This document shows, one piece after another, positions 52,799 to 61,417 of a DNA stretch of 64,000 nt; the first letter of the stretch is position 1, and each line of letters starts with the position of its first letter. Source of the stretch: an uncultured Iamiaceae bacterium (GTDB lineage: Bacteria; Actinomycetota; Acidimicrobiia; Acidimicrobiales; Iamiaceae); assembly GCA_964449375.1 (NCBI GenBank), contig CAYVAS010000008.1, forward strand, positions 2,172 to 66,171, read 5' to 3'. The translations under genes and the position numbers were made by a program. A model generated the notes under the pieces. The model was not told the DNA's origin. It made no database searches and saw nothing but the letters and a program-made list of their open reading frames with translations.

Positions 52799-54181
52799 AT
52801 GGCCGTGCCGGTGACCGTCGCCGACCGCTCCCGCCGATCGCCGTGGGCACGCTTGGGGCGGGTGGCGTCGGGCCTGGCCCTGGTGGTGGGCCTGGTCGTC
52901 GCCTGCTCGAACGGTTCGGAGGACGCGACCCCGACCCCGACCACGACGGTGGCGCCGGAGCCGACCGGGCCGACCTCGACCGGGCAGGTCGACCCCGGGC
53001 AGTTGGCCACCCCCGACACGCTGCCCGACGGCAGCTTTCCTCCCGTGACCGGGACGCCCGGCGCGGGCGCACTCGCCGAGGTCCGCGTGCGTCTGACCCC
53101 GGTGGGTCGGGCCGACACGCCCACCGCGATGGTCGCCCGACCCGGACACCCCGACCAGCTCTTTCTGGCCGAACGTTCCGGACGGGTCCGTCTGGTGGTA
53201 CGCGACCCGGACAACGGCGAGCTCACCGTGGCCGCCGGCGCCGTGGCCGACCTGACCGACGAGGTGGTCACCGGCGGCGAGATGGGACTGCTCGGTCTGG
53301 CCTTCGCTCCCGACGGCGACACGCTGTATCTGAGCTACAACGTCGCCGGCAACGACTCCCGGGTCGACGCCGCTCCGGTCACCGACCGCGACGGCCGACC
53401 CCGGGTGGGAACGCGCACCACCCTGATCGAGGTCGACCAACCCGACACCACCTACCACAAGGGCGGCCACCTGGTCGTCGACGCCGACGGGCTGTTGTAC
53501 GCCGGGTTCGGCGACGGCGGACCCCAGGGCGACGCGGACCAGCACGCCCAGGACACCGACCTGCTGCTCGGCAAGATCCTGCGGATCGACCCCACCGGAT
53601 CCGCGGCGGGTCGGCCCTACCGGATCCCCGCTGGGAACCCCTTCGCCGACGGCGTCGGCGGCGAACCCGAGATCCTGCTGGTGGGGCTGCGCAACCCGTG
53701 GCGGTTCTCGATCGACCCCGACAACGGCGACCTGTGGATCGCGGACGTGGGCCAGCACGACATCGAGGAGATCACCCGGTTGCCGGGCGGACCGGCCAGC
53801 GCCGGCGCGAACCTGGGCTGGAGCGCCTATGAAGGCACCCGGGTCTTCGCCGCCGACCGGATCCCGGGCCGAAGTGTGCCGCCGGTGTTCGAGATCTCCC
53901 ACGACGACGGGGTGTGCGCGGTCACCGGCGGGGTGGTCTACCGGGGCCGCGCGATCCCGGACCTGACCGGCGCGTACCTGTACGCCGACCTGTGCCGGCC
54001 CGGCATCGACGCGCTGCGGACCACCACGCCGGACGACGGGATCGGCGAGGTCACCGAAGCCGCCGCCCTGGCGGGCACCGACGACGCAGAAGAGGTGATC
54101 TCCTTCGCCACCGACGCGGACGGCGAGGTCTACACCCTGTCGCTCGGTGGGGCGATCCACCGGCTCGACCCGGCGCGCTGA
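52799..54181 (+). CDS. PQQ-dependent sugar dehydrogenase (soluble GDH/sorbosone dehydrogenase beta-propeller) lipoprotein
   Basis: 3' part of the 1240-aa ORF 50459..54181. ATG 52799 gives MAVPVTVADRSRRSPWARL...LVVGLVVACSNG, which has a twin-Arg and a lipobox. Also GLLGLAFAPDG, HKGGHLVVDADGLLY, GLRNPWRFSIDP and GWSAYEG. Confidence 0.85.
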   Translation: MAVPVTVADRSRRSPWARLGRVASGLALVVGLVVACSNGSEDATPTPTTTVAPEPTGPTSTGQVDPGQLATPDTLPDGSFPPVTGTPGAGALAEVRVRLTPVGRADTPTAMVARPGHPDQLFLAERSGRVRLVVRDPDNGELTVAAGAVADLTDEVVTGGEMGLLGLAFAPDGDTLYLSYNVAGNDSRVDAAPVTDRDGRPRVGTRTTLIEVDQPDTTYHKGGHLVVDADGLLYAGFGDGGPQGDADQHAQDTDLLLGKILRIDPTGSAAGRPYRIPAGNPFADGVGGEPEILLVGLRNPWRFSIDPDNGDLWIADVGQHDIEEITRLPGGPASAGANLGWSAYEGTRVFAADRIPGRSVPPVFEISHDDGVCAVTGGVVYRGRAIPDLTGAYLYADLCRPGIDALRTTTPDDGIGEVTEAAALAGTDDAEEVISFATDADGEVYTLSLGGAIHRLDPAR

Positions 54182-54217
54182 CCCGACTCAGGGCACCCGC
54201 GCGTGGCCGCTGCCGGC

Positions 54218-54667
54218 TCAGGCGTCGTGGGAGAAGCGGTACACGTTGGTGTCGCGCCGGACGAACCCGAGGCGCTGGTACAGCCGGTTCGCCGCCTCAC
54301 GGCTGGGCCGGGAGGTGAGATCCACCGTACGCGCGCCGCGCTCGCGGGCGATCTCGAGCGCGCGCTCGTTCAAGGCCGCGCCCACGCCACGCCCGCGGGC
54401 GGCCTCGTCGACGACGACGTCTTCGATCCAGGCCCGGATCCCGGTGGGGATCGGGAACACCACCAGAGTCATCGATGCGACGATCGCCGCCTCGCCCTCG
54501 GCGTCGGGATCCACCGCGATCAGCAGTTGGGACGCGTCCGAGGCCACGATCGCGGCCAGTTCACCCGCGGTCGGGGGCGGCGCCGACGAGGACAACTGCG
54601 GGGTGAGGCGCGCGAAGGCGGCGACGAGGTCGTCGGTCACCTCGGTGACCACGTCGATGCGGATCAC
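54218..54667 (-). CDS. GNAT family N-acetyltransferase
   Basis: 3' part of ORF 54218..55168. GTG 54667 overlaps the Nudix stop (GTGA). Motifs VVDEAARGRGVGAAL and ANRLYQRLGF. Confidence 0.85.
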   Translation of the reverse strand: MIRIDVVTEVTDDLVAAFARLTPQLSSSAPPPTAGELAAIVASDASQLLIAVDPDAEGEAAIVASMTLVVFPIPTGIRAWIEDVVVDEAARGRGVGAALNERALEIARERGARTVDLTSRPSREAANRLYQRLGFVRRDTNVYRFSHDA

Positions 54668-55359
54668 GCCGGGGCCCGTCGCGCCGCGCTGGACCAGGGT
54701 TCGGCTCGGGGTGGTTCGAAATAGACCTCGACGGCGTCGCCGCGCAGCGCGGAGAACACCCGCTCGCCCCAGTGTCCGTACCCGGCCAACGGGGAGGGCA
54801 GCCGGTCGTGGCTGAACCAGCCCAGGTCCGCGGTCTCCAGGGGATGGGCCTCGAGTTCGCCGCCCACGGGTCGGCACTGGAACAGCAGCGAATACAGGGG
54901 CGTGCGGGTGAAGCCCTGGCGGATCCCGTCGAGCACGGCGATCAGGCGTACGACCTCCACGTCGATTCCGGTCTCTTCGCGCACCTCCTTGACCACGATC
55001 TCCGCGGCGGAGTAGCCCACGTCGGCCCATCCGGTGGGAAACAACCAGAATCCCGAATCGGGGCGTTTGATCAGCAGTAGTTCGCCGTCGTCGTTGCCGC
55101 CCGCCGCGCCCACCGCGATCTTGGGGGTGACGTACCCGGCGACGCCCTTGCCGACGTCGCGCATCCACTCGTCCACCTTCTCCAGGGGGTCGGGTCGGTC
55201 CTGGGCGTGCGCGCGGATGTCCGCGGCCACGGCCAGAACCTCCTCGTAGCGTTCCCGCTCATAGAGGTTCTCGGTGAAGGCCAGGCCGGTCCGGGCGATG
55301 CCGGCGAGCGATTCCGCCCATCGGACCAGGTCGGCTTCGGACAACCGGGAGGCTTCCAT
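54664..55359 (-). CDS. NUDIX hydrolase with an N-terminal Nudix_N helical domain
   Basis: ATG 55359 gives MEASRLSEADLVRWAESLAGIARTGLAFTENLYERERYE. The Nudix box is GWADVGYSAAEIVVKEVREETGI. Confidence 0.85.
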   Translation of the reverse strand: MEASRLSEADLVRWAESLAGIARTGLAFTENLYERERYEEVLAVAADIRAHAQDRPDPLEKVDEWMRDVGKGVAGYVTPKIAVGAAGGNDDGELLLIKRPDSGFWLFPTGWADVGYSAAEIVVKEVREETGIDVEVVRLIAVLDGIRQGFTRTPLYSLLFQCRPVGGELEAHPLETADLGWFSHDRLPSPLAGYGHWGERVFSALRGDAVEVYFEPPRAEPWSSAARRAPA

Positions 55360-55478
55360 CACCGGCCAGACTAGAGCCGAACCCGCGGTCGCCGGGGCCG
55401 GTTCCGGTGGTCTGGTCGCCGTCCGGGCGCCGCGGTGGACCCCGACGGGTGCCCGGTCGGTCTGGCACACTTGGAGTC

Positions 55479-55658
55479 GTGGCCGTTCGTACCGACTGCC
55501 GTCACTACTCCACCCGGACGACCACCTCGGGCGAGGTGGTCCAGCGCTGCCGCGTCGGCGCGAACGAGTCCACCCCCTTCGCCTGCCCGGAACACTGCCT
55601 GTTCTTCGAGTCCCGTTCGATCACCGACGCCGGCTGGCAGCGCTTCGGCGACATCTGA
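55479..55658 (+). CDS. Small conserved-looking 4-Cys protein (59 aa)
   Basis: VAVRTDCRHYSTRTTTSGEVVQRCRVGANESTPFACPEHCLFFESR has four Cys, including a CPEHC pair. GGAG lies upstream of GTG 55479. Confidence 0.5.
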   Translation: MAVRTDCRHYSTRTTTSGEVVQRCRVGANESTPFACPEHCLFFESRSITDAGWQRFGDI

Positions 55659-55696
55659 GCCCGAACACGCGCCACGGTGTGGGCGCGGCGCGCCGG

Positions 55697-56242
55697 TCAG
55701 CGGCGCTCGGGTGGAGGGCGGCGGGCGAGCACCACGTGGGCCTTGGCGGCTCCCCAGATGAGCCCCAACTCGTGCAGGTCGGGGTCGACGTCGGCGAAGT
55801 TCGCGGGGCTCAGGTCGTAGGGATCGTCGGGGAACATCTCCTCACTGACCGGGTCGCGCCGCGGCGTGGGCACGCCGGCGTCGCTCAGCATCCGGTTGGC
55901 GGGCGCCACCGCCGCGCGCAGCACCCCCAACGGGCCGAGTCGCTGGTCGTCGACGTCGGCGGTGAGCAGGGCTTGCAGACGTGGCCCGACCTCGGCGTGG
56001 ATGCTGCGGGCGACCTCGTCGATCGGGCCGGCCAGCTCCGCGCGCCGCTCCGGTGGCCAGTCGGCGGGCAGGCGTTCGTGCAGGATCCGGACGATCCAGC
56101 CGGTGAGGGTGTCGTCGAGCGCCGCGAGCAGTTCCGTGGCGACCTCGCGGTACGCGGCCTCCGCCTCGGCGACCTGCTCGGCGCGGTGGGCACCCGCCGA
56201 CCCCGACGGGGTCGGACCGGACGGGTTGTCGTGGTCGCTCAC
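55697..56242 (-). CDS. Hypothetical protein (181 aa)
   Basis: Good codon bias. The GTG start overlaps the stop of the upstream gene (GTGA). I recognise no family. Confidence 0.55.
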   Translation of the reverse strand: MSDHDNPSGPTPSGSAGAHRAEQVAEAEAAYREVATELLAALDDTLTGWIVRILHERLPADWPPERRAELAGPIDEVARSIHAEVGPRLQALLTADVDDQRLGPLGVLRAAVAPANRMLSDAGVPTPRRDPVSEEMFPDDPYDLSPANFADVDPDLHELGLIWGAAKAHVVLARRPPPERR

Positions 56243-56910
56243 CGGGTGGCGTCGGCCACGATCCGGGGCAGGCGGTCCGAGGTGCAGCTCACCGACACGC
56301 CGTTGCCGATCCCCAACGACTCGGGTTCACAGGGCAGGTACTCGGTCCCGGGCAGGGGCACCTCGTAGGTGTGGCGTTCGTCGGCGAGCACGATGCTGCG
56401 GTCCTTCAGTTCGGGGACCACGTGCATGTTGTGGCCCTCGATCGTGGCGACGAGGTAGTTGGACTGGAAGGTCACCTTGGTGTTCAGGTAGTCACCCAGG
56501 TTCTTTGGCGACAACACGATGGTGGTCCGGTACGGCGCGGATCCGGTCAGCCGGGCGTTGCCCTTGATCAGCTCCAGCCGCGACAGCTCCAGGTGCTCGG
56601 CGGTGACCGAGAGGCGGGCCATGCTCACCGGCGTCGCGGTGACCCCGTGCATGGTGATCGATCCGTTCTGCAACCGCCCCAGCGCCAGATAGTGGAACAC
56701 CGTGGGCGGATCTCCGGCGGCGACGGTCACGTCGTCGACGCCCACGGTGTGGTTCTCGATCGAACGGGCACTCACCGCGTCGACACAGCCCCGGGTGCCG
56801 AACTCCACGGCGAGCAACAGCACGACGATCCCCAGGCCGCGCAGCACCAGCGGCCGGAGGCGGGACGGCGGTTTGGGGAGGCGTTTGGCGCGACGCGGCT
56901 GGAGCAACAC
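56239..56910 (-). CDS. Membrane-anchored DUF2993/LmeA-like protein
   Basis: An N-terminal basic region plus TM (LVLRGLGIVVLLLAVEF) is followed by a beta-rich domain. The family assignment was made by eye and is tentative. Confidence 0.5.
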   Translation of the reverse strand: MLLQPRRAKRLPKPPSRLRPLVLRGLGIVVLLLAVEFGTRGCVDAVSARSIENHTVGVDDVTVAAGDPPTVFHYLALGRLQNGSITMHGVTATPVSMARLSVTAEHLELSRLELIKGNARLTGSAPYRTTIVLSPKNLGDYLNTKVTFQSNYLVATIEGHNMHVVPELKDRSIVLADERHTYEVPLPGTEYLPCEPESLGIGNGVSVSCTSDRLPRIVADATR

Positions 56911-56984
56911 AGGGCTTCCTATCGGCGGTCGAGCCTCCGATTTCAGGCTTCGCCGCCCGGCGGCTTCGGCCCGCCGGTGAGCGT

Positions 56985-57860
56985 TCAGTCCTCCGAGGTG
57001 CGGTCCAGGCGTTCGTTCAGGTTGCCCGACCGCAGCCCTTCGAGGTCGACGGTGACGCTCTGGTAGCCCACCGCCTTGACCGCGGCCACCACGGCCTGCC
57101 GCTGGTGCAGCATCCGTTCCAGATCGTCCACCGGCACCTCGATGCGGGCCAGCGCCCCCTCGTGACGCACCCGGAGCTCGGCGAAGCCGAGCCGGCGCAA
57201 CGCCAGCTCGGCCCGCTCCACCGCACCGAGGCGTTCGAGCGTGACCGGGGTGCCATAGGGCATCCGTGACGCCAGGCAGGCCGCCGCCGGCTTGTCCCAG
57301 GTGCGCAGACCCAGACGGCGGGACAGCTCGCGCACGTCGGCCTTGGTCAGGCCCACCTCGACCATCGGGAACCGGGCACCACGCTGGGCGGCGGCCTGCT
57401 GACCCGGACGGTGGTCACCCAGGTCGTCGACGTTGACGCCGAGCAGCACGGTCGCGTCGTGGCGTGCGGCAATCGGACCCACGGCGTCCATGAGGGCGTC
57501 CTTGCAGTGGAAGCAGCGCATCGCGTCGTTGCGACGGTACGCGGCGTTCTGCATCTCCTCGGTGGGCACGCCCTGCCAGTTCCACCCCCGCTCGTGGGCC
57601 AGTGCTTCGGCGTCGGCGAGTTCGGAGCCGGCGAGCGACGGCGAGATGGCGGTCACGATGTGCGCGGCTCCGCGGCCCAACGTGCTCGACGCGACCTCCG
57701 CGACCAGCGCGGAGTCCACGCCGCCGCTGTAGGCGACCACCACCTGACCCAGCTCGTCCAGCACCGCCCGGAACGCGTCGAGCTTGGCGGCCAGTTCGTC
57801 ACCGGCGTCGGAGCCCGACATCGCTGCGGGGTCGTGGACGGTGACCACCTGATCGGACAT
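56985..57860 (-). CDS. larE: PP-loop ATPase, LarE-like ATP-dependent sulfur transferase (TIGR00268-type)
   Basis: 3' part of ORF 56985..58238, from ATG 57860. The PP-loop is VVAYSGGVDSALVA. The conserved Cys segment is PAAACLASRMPYG. Confidence 0.78.
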   Translation of the reverse strand: MSDQVVTVHDPAAMSGSDAGDELAAKLDAFRAVLDELGQVVVAYSGGVDSALVAEVASSTLGRGAAHIVTAISPSLAGSELADAEALAHERGWNWQGVPTEEMQNAAYRRNDAMRCFHCKDALMDAVGPIAARHDATVLLGVNVDDLGDHRPGQQAAAQRGARFPMVEVGLTKADVRELSRRLGLRTWDKPAAACLASRMPYGTPVTLERLGAVERAELALRRLGFAELRVRHEGALARIEVPVDDLERMLHQRQAVVAAVKAVGYQSVTVDLEGLRSGNLNERLDRTSED

Positions 57861-58031
57861 ACCGGGCAGGGTACCGCCGGGGCGCTCGCCGGTGCCCATC
57901 GGCCGAGGTGTCCCGTCATGTGGCGCCGACCGCTTGATCCTCTGATGCCCTGGCGCCGCGGTTGCGGGTCGAATCGCCGTCGTGGGTACGGCGAACTGGG
58001 ATACTGGGCAAGCCACCACTGAGAGACAGAT

Positions 58032-58787
58032 GTGACCAACCCCCTCCCCGACTACACCGACCTCGTCCACGCCGCCGTTACCGCGTACTGGGATGTTCGG
58101 CGAAGCCAGGCGGAGAAGTCCCTGGCCCAGGGTGTCCTGAACCCAGGCTTGCGACCGGAGGTCACCGGCGGGAGACACCTCGACGAATTGCAGGCTCTTC
58201 TCGTCCGGGTCTTCATCGATGCCGGAATCCCCGCACATCTCATCGACGTGAAGAAGCGACCGATCGCGGGCTTTTTCCGACGCGACAAGAGTTGGGATGT
58301 GGTCGTGATGGTGGCGGATCGAGTGGTTGGCATCATCGAGCTCAAATCGATGGCCGGAACGAGCCCAGGCCAGAACTACAACAACCGAACCGACGAGGCC
58401 CTGGGTCAGGCCGTCGATGTGTGGAAGGCGGTCGAGCGCGGGATCATCGACACCCCGCTGCGTCCGTGGTTGGGCTACTTCATGCTCCTCGAGGACAACC
58501 CCTCGTTCAACAACCCGGTGAAGGCGAGGACACCCGTGTGGACACCTGACCCGGCCTTCGATGGCTCAAGTTATGCCAAGCGATACGAGGTGTTCTTCGA
58601 GCGGATGGTGCGCGAACGACTGCTCGACGCCGCGTGCTTGGTCATGGGAAACAAGCGAACAGGAGAAGTCCGGTTTCCGTCGACGAGCCTGTCCTTCCAG
58701 GCGTTCGCCGCGGCCATCCACGGGCGGTGTCTCCAATTCATGGCTACGAACCCCGACATCGACTGGGACCCGGTTGAACCCTCGTGA
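58032..58787 (+). CDS. Type II restriction endonuclease, XhoI/PaeR7I-family-like (PD-(D/E)xK)
   Basis: 251 aa. AVTAYWDVRRSQAEKS...VTGGRHLDEL, and SWDVVVMVADRVVGIIELKSM (D...E-x-K). It is convergent with an adjacent m6A methyltransferase across a 9-nt gap. GC is lower than in the flanks. Confidence 0.7.
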   Translation: MTNPLPDYTDLVHAAVTAYWDVRRSQAEKSLAQGVLNPGLRPEVTGGRHLDELQALLVRVFIDAGIPAHLIDVKKRPIAGFFRRDKSWDVVVMVADRVVGIIELKSMAGTSPGQNYNNRTDEALGQAVDVWKAVERGIIDTPLRPWLGYFMLLEDNPSFNNPVKARTPVWTPDPAFDGSSYAKRYEVFFERMVRERLLDAACLVMGNKRTGEVRFPSTSLSFQAFAAAIHGRCLQFMATNPDIDWDPVEPS

Positions 58788-58796
58788 TCCGACGAC

Positions 58797-60479
58797 TCAG
58801 CCGATTGCGGCCTCCAGCCCATAGGCCTCAACTGCAGCGGCAGTCGCTCGCGGCTGGTCCCGCTCGCGGAAGGCCTGAGCAAGCGATTGCGCGACCCGCG
58901 GTGTGATCGACCGTGGATCAGGGACCCGGATACGGCGGAGATACTGGGCCTGGAATCGATAGGTCCCTCCACGCATCTTCACGCAGTAGGCACCGACGAA
59001 CAGGTTCGCGATGTCCGATAAGAGGAGCCCTCCGAGTACCTCCAGGTCCCAGGCGTCGGAGACCACGTAGTAGAGGTTGTGGTGCGGGTAGTGACCGCCT
59101 TTGTCGAGAACCGGGTGGGCTGCTGCCTTGATGTCGGGGATCAGGAGTTTCGGTCGGCCGGTGAGGTCATTGTGGACGCGGTCGATGGTGCGATACCAGG
59201 CGGCCGGCCGGGTTCGGGCGATGTGCCGACTGCGCAGGCGGCGCTGGTTGGCGTCGAGATATGAGGCCAGGCGCGGGTACCGGTCGAGGTCGACCAGACC
59301 CGATCCGTTCCATGGGTTGACGAGGAAGCTGCCAGCCCACGAGGCTGAACCGGTTGCGATGTCGTCTGCTCGCAGGAGCGGAAGGAGTCTGTCACTCTCG
59401 ACCAAGTCGGCATCGCCCGTGATGAAGATGTCGTCGCAGCCGGTCGCAACGCCGATGCCGACTCGGGTCCCCGTGGTGGGGTCCTGCAGGGGTGGGAAGC
59501 GGACCTCGAGATCCGCGAGGAGTGCGAGCTGACTGGGTGAGCCCGCGGGCCAGAGGTCTCGGCCGCTGAACCAACCGTCGACTCGGGTGGCTTCATATGA
59601 CGGTTCGGTGACGATCTTCCGGCGGCCCCGCTTCACCCAAGCGGTGAGCCCGGGAACGTCGGACTCATCGAAGGTGGGTCTGGCATCGACCACGACCGCC
59701 TTACGTTGTGCGGCATTTCGAAGGACGAAAATTGCCGGGTAAGCGGAGACGTCGTGCTCGAACGCGTTCACCTCGTGCATTGCGATGACGGTCTCGACGG
59801 CGTAGTTGTCCGCAACGAACTCGCGGAGGCCAGCGCCGTACTGGTTACGCATCCATCGATCGGCGCAGATGTACGACAGTGCCCCGCCCGGCTTGAGCAG
59901 GCCCAGTCCTCGCTCGATGAAGCCGACGTAGATGTCAGCCCGGCCCCGCATCGTGGGACAGTTGCGTCGATATGCCTCCATCGTCTGACGGGGGACGTTT
60001 TCGAGGCGAATGTAGGGCGGATTGCCAACGACGTAATCAGCGCACGCACTGTCGTGACCGTTCAAGAGGAAGTCGCCGGTGGTGACCCACTCGCCGGCCA
60101 TCGACTCGGCTTCGTCCTCGTCCAGCCCGTGCTCGTGGAGGAGCAACGCAACGGCCTTGCGGGCACGCTGCGCATTGGCCTCGAGAAGGTCGAAAGCGCG
60201 GATGGCCGGTCCCAGAGACCGCAGTTCCTGGCCGTGATCGGTGGCGGACTCGATGAGGCGTTCAGCAATCGGAAGGAGGAATGCGCCTGTGCCACAAGAT
60301 GGCTCGATGACGACCTGGTTTCCGAGATCTCGATCTGGCGTGTACCCGACGAGATCGAGGACCAGATCGACGACCCAGCGGCGGGTGAAGACCTCGCCGT
60401 AGTCGGCGCCTGGGCCCGGGGCGAGCTCAGTGAGCGCCATGGGATCCTCGAGGAGGACGAGTTGCCGGGCGAATGGCAT
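58797..60479 (-). CDS. N6-adenine DNA methyltransferase (gamma class, Eco57I/TaqI-like)
   Basis: Motif I is VIEPSCGTGAFLLPIAERL and motif IV is VVGNPPYIRLE. The C-terminal ~250 aa would be the target-recognition domain. Confidence 0.88.
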   Translation of the reverse strand: MPFARQLVLLEDPMALTELAPGPGADYGEVFTRRWVVDLVLDLVGYTPDRDLGNQVVIEPSCGTGAFLLPIAERLIESATDHGQELRSLGPAIRAFDLLEANAQRARKAVALLLHEHGLDEDEAESMAGEWVTTGDFLLNGHDSACADYVVGNPPYIRLENVPRQTMEAYRRNCPTMRGRADIYVGFIERGLGLLKPGGALSYICADRWMRNQYGAGLREFVADNYAVETVIAMHEVNAFEHDVSAYPAIFVLRNAAQRKAVVVDARPTFDESDVPGLTAWVKRGRRKIVTEPSYEATRVDGWFSGRDLWPAGSPSQLALLADLEVRFPPLQDPTTGTRVGIGVATGCDDIFITGDADLVESDRLLPLLRADDIATGSASWAGSFLVNPWNGSGLVDLDRYPRLASYLDANQRRLRSRHIARTRPAAWYRTIDRVHNDLTGRPKLLIPDIKAAAHPVLDKGGHYPHHNLYYVVSDAWDLEVLGGLLLSDIANLFVGAYCVKMRGGTYRFQAQYLRRIRVPDPRSITPRVAQSLAQAFRERDQPRATAAAVEAYGLEAAIG

Positions 60480-60494
60480 GTGCTCCGCCTTTCA

Positions 60495-60514
60495 CGAACA
60501 TGCGTTCGATGATA
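60495..60514 (-). promoter_or_regulatory. Candidate -10 element and inverted repeat upstream of the methyltransferase gene
   Basis: On the minus strand, TATCAT (plus coordinates 60509-60514) is followed by the inverted repeat CGAAC-n4-GTTCG (60495-60508) and the RBS GGCGGAG before ATG 60479. Confidence 0.3.
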
Positions 60515-60900
60515 GAGCATTTCGAAGCAGGCTCGGACGGATCATTCACGGACGTCCACCGTAGAGCGAACGTCCCCCATGGAGCCTGCGTTTCGACATG
60601 TGGGGCTCGTCAGAGCGGCTCGACTGCTCCGAACGCTGCTCAAGGAACCGGCCCGCAGGCCGCCCCGACCTCAGGTGAGGCGGGTGAAGGTCGACATGGC
60701 CGAAGCTACCGCCGAGGTACGACACGCTCCGGCCCCTTCTGGGCCGTGCGACTCAAAATCGGCCCGATCCGGGTCCAACGCCCTAGGTCATGTGGTTCAT
60801 TTCGGTCCGCGGCGCTCAAGACACCCCCCGGAACCGACGATCTTTGACCCAGCCAACGGATCAGGGCTTTTCCGCACCGGGCCCGAAGGCTGTGAGGGAG

Positions 60901-60976
60901 AGCGACCACCCCGGGGAGTGGTCGCTGCGAGCGTCGCACCCCGGCGGACCGGAGGGGGTCGCCGGGGTCCGCTCGC
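60901..60976 (-). terminator. Two consecutive strong GC hairpins downstream of the MoaD-like gene
   Basis: Hairpin 1 is AGCGACCAC (60901-60909) / GTGGTCGCT (60918-60926). Hairpin 2 is nested: GCGAGCG (60927-60933) / CGCTCGC (60970-60976) enclosing CCCCGGCG (60939-60946) / CGCCGGGG (60960-60967). Confidence 0.4.
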
Positions 60977-61041
60977 GCGTCGTCCCGAGCCCCGGCGTTA
61001 CCCGGCGGCGCGGAGGAGGCGAGCCGGGACGGCGGGTCGGT

Positions 61042-61317
61042 TCAGCCGCCGGCGACCGCCGGAATGATCGACACGGTCGCGCCGTCGGCCACGGGCGTGT
61101 CGAGGCCGTCCAGGAAGCGGACGTCGTCGTCGGCGACGAACACGTTGACGAAACGGCGCAGCTCACCGGCGTCGTCCAGGATCCGGCTGGAGAAGCCCGG
61201 GTGGGCCGCTTCGAGGTTCGCAAGGACCTCGGACACCTTGGATCCTTCGATCTCCACCTCGGAGGCCCCGCTGGTCAGGGAGCGGAGGGTGGTGGGAATA
61301 CGGACGGTGACGGTCAT
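61042..61317 (-). CDS. MoaD/ThiS/CysO-family sulfur-carrier protein (C-terminal Gly-Gly)
   Basis: 3' part of ORF 61042..61962, from ATG 61317. The 91-aa product reads MTVTVRIPTTLRSLTSG...VNVFVADDDVRFLDGLDTPVADGATVSIIPAVAGG. Confidence 0.82.
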   Translation of the reverse strand: MTVTVRIPTTLRSLTSGASEVEIEGSKVSEVLANLEAAHPGFSSRILDDAGELRRFVNVFVADDDVRFLDGLDTPVADGATVSIIPAVAGG

Positions 61318-61417
61318 CGCTGCTGCCTCGGAAAGGTCGACGGAGGTATCGCACGGTTGGGTGCTCGCACCACAGGTTATCGGGAGCGCTCCGGGCGCCA
61401 CCGCCCCGCGGTGGTGC

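Noticed and set aside
60480-61041. Possible coding capacity (ORFs 60473..60847, 60579..61067, 60706..60939, 60790..61482) or a C-protein gene in the gap beside the methyltransferase
   Set aside because: The translations are Arg/Pro/Gly-rich with no HTH or other motif, and there is no RBS-linked start. I treat the region as non-coding containing hairpins. A degraded pseudogene cannot be excluded without BLASTX.
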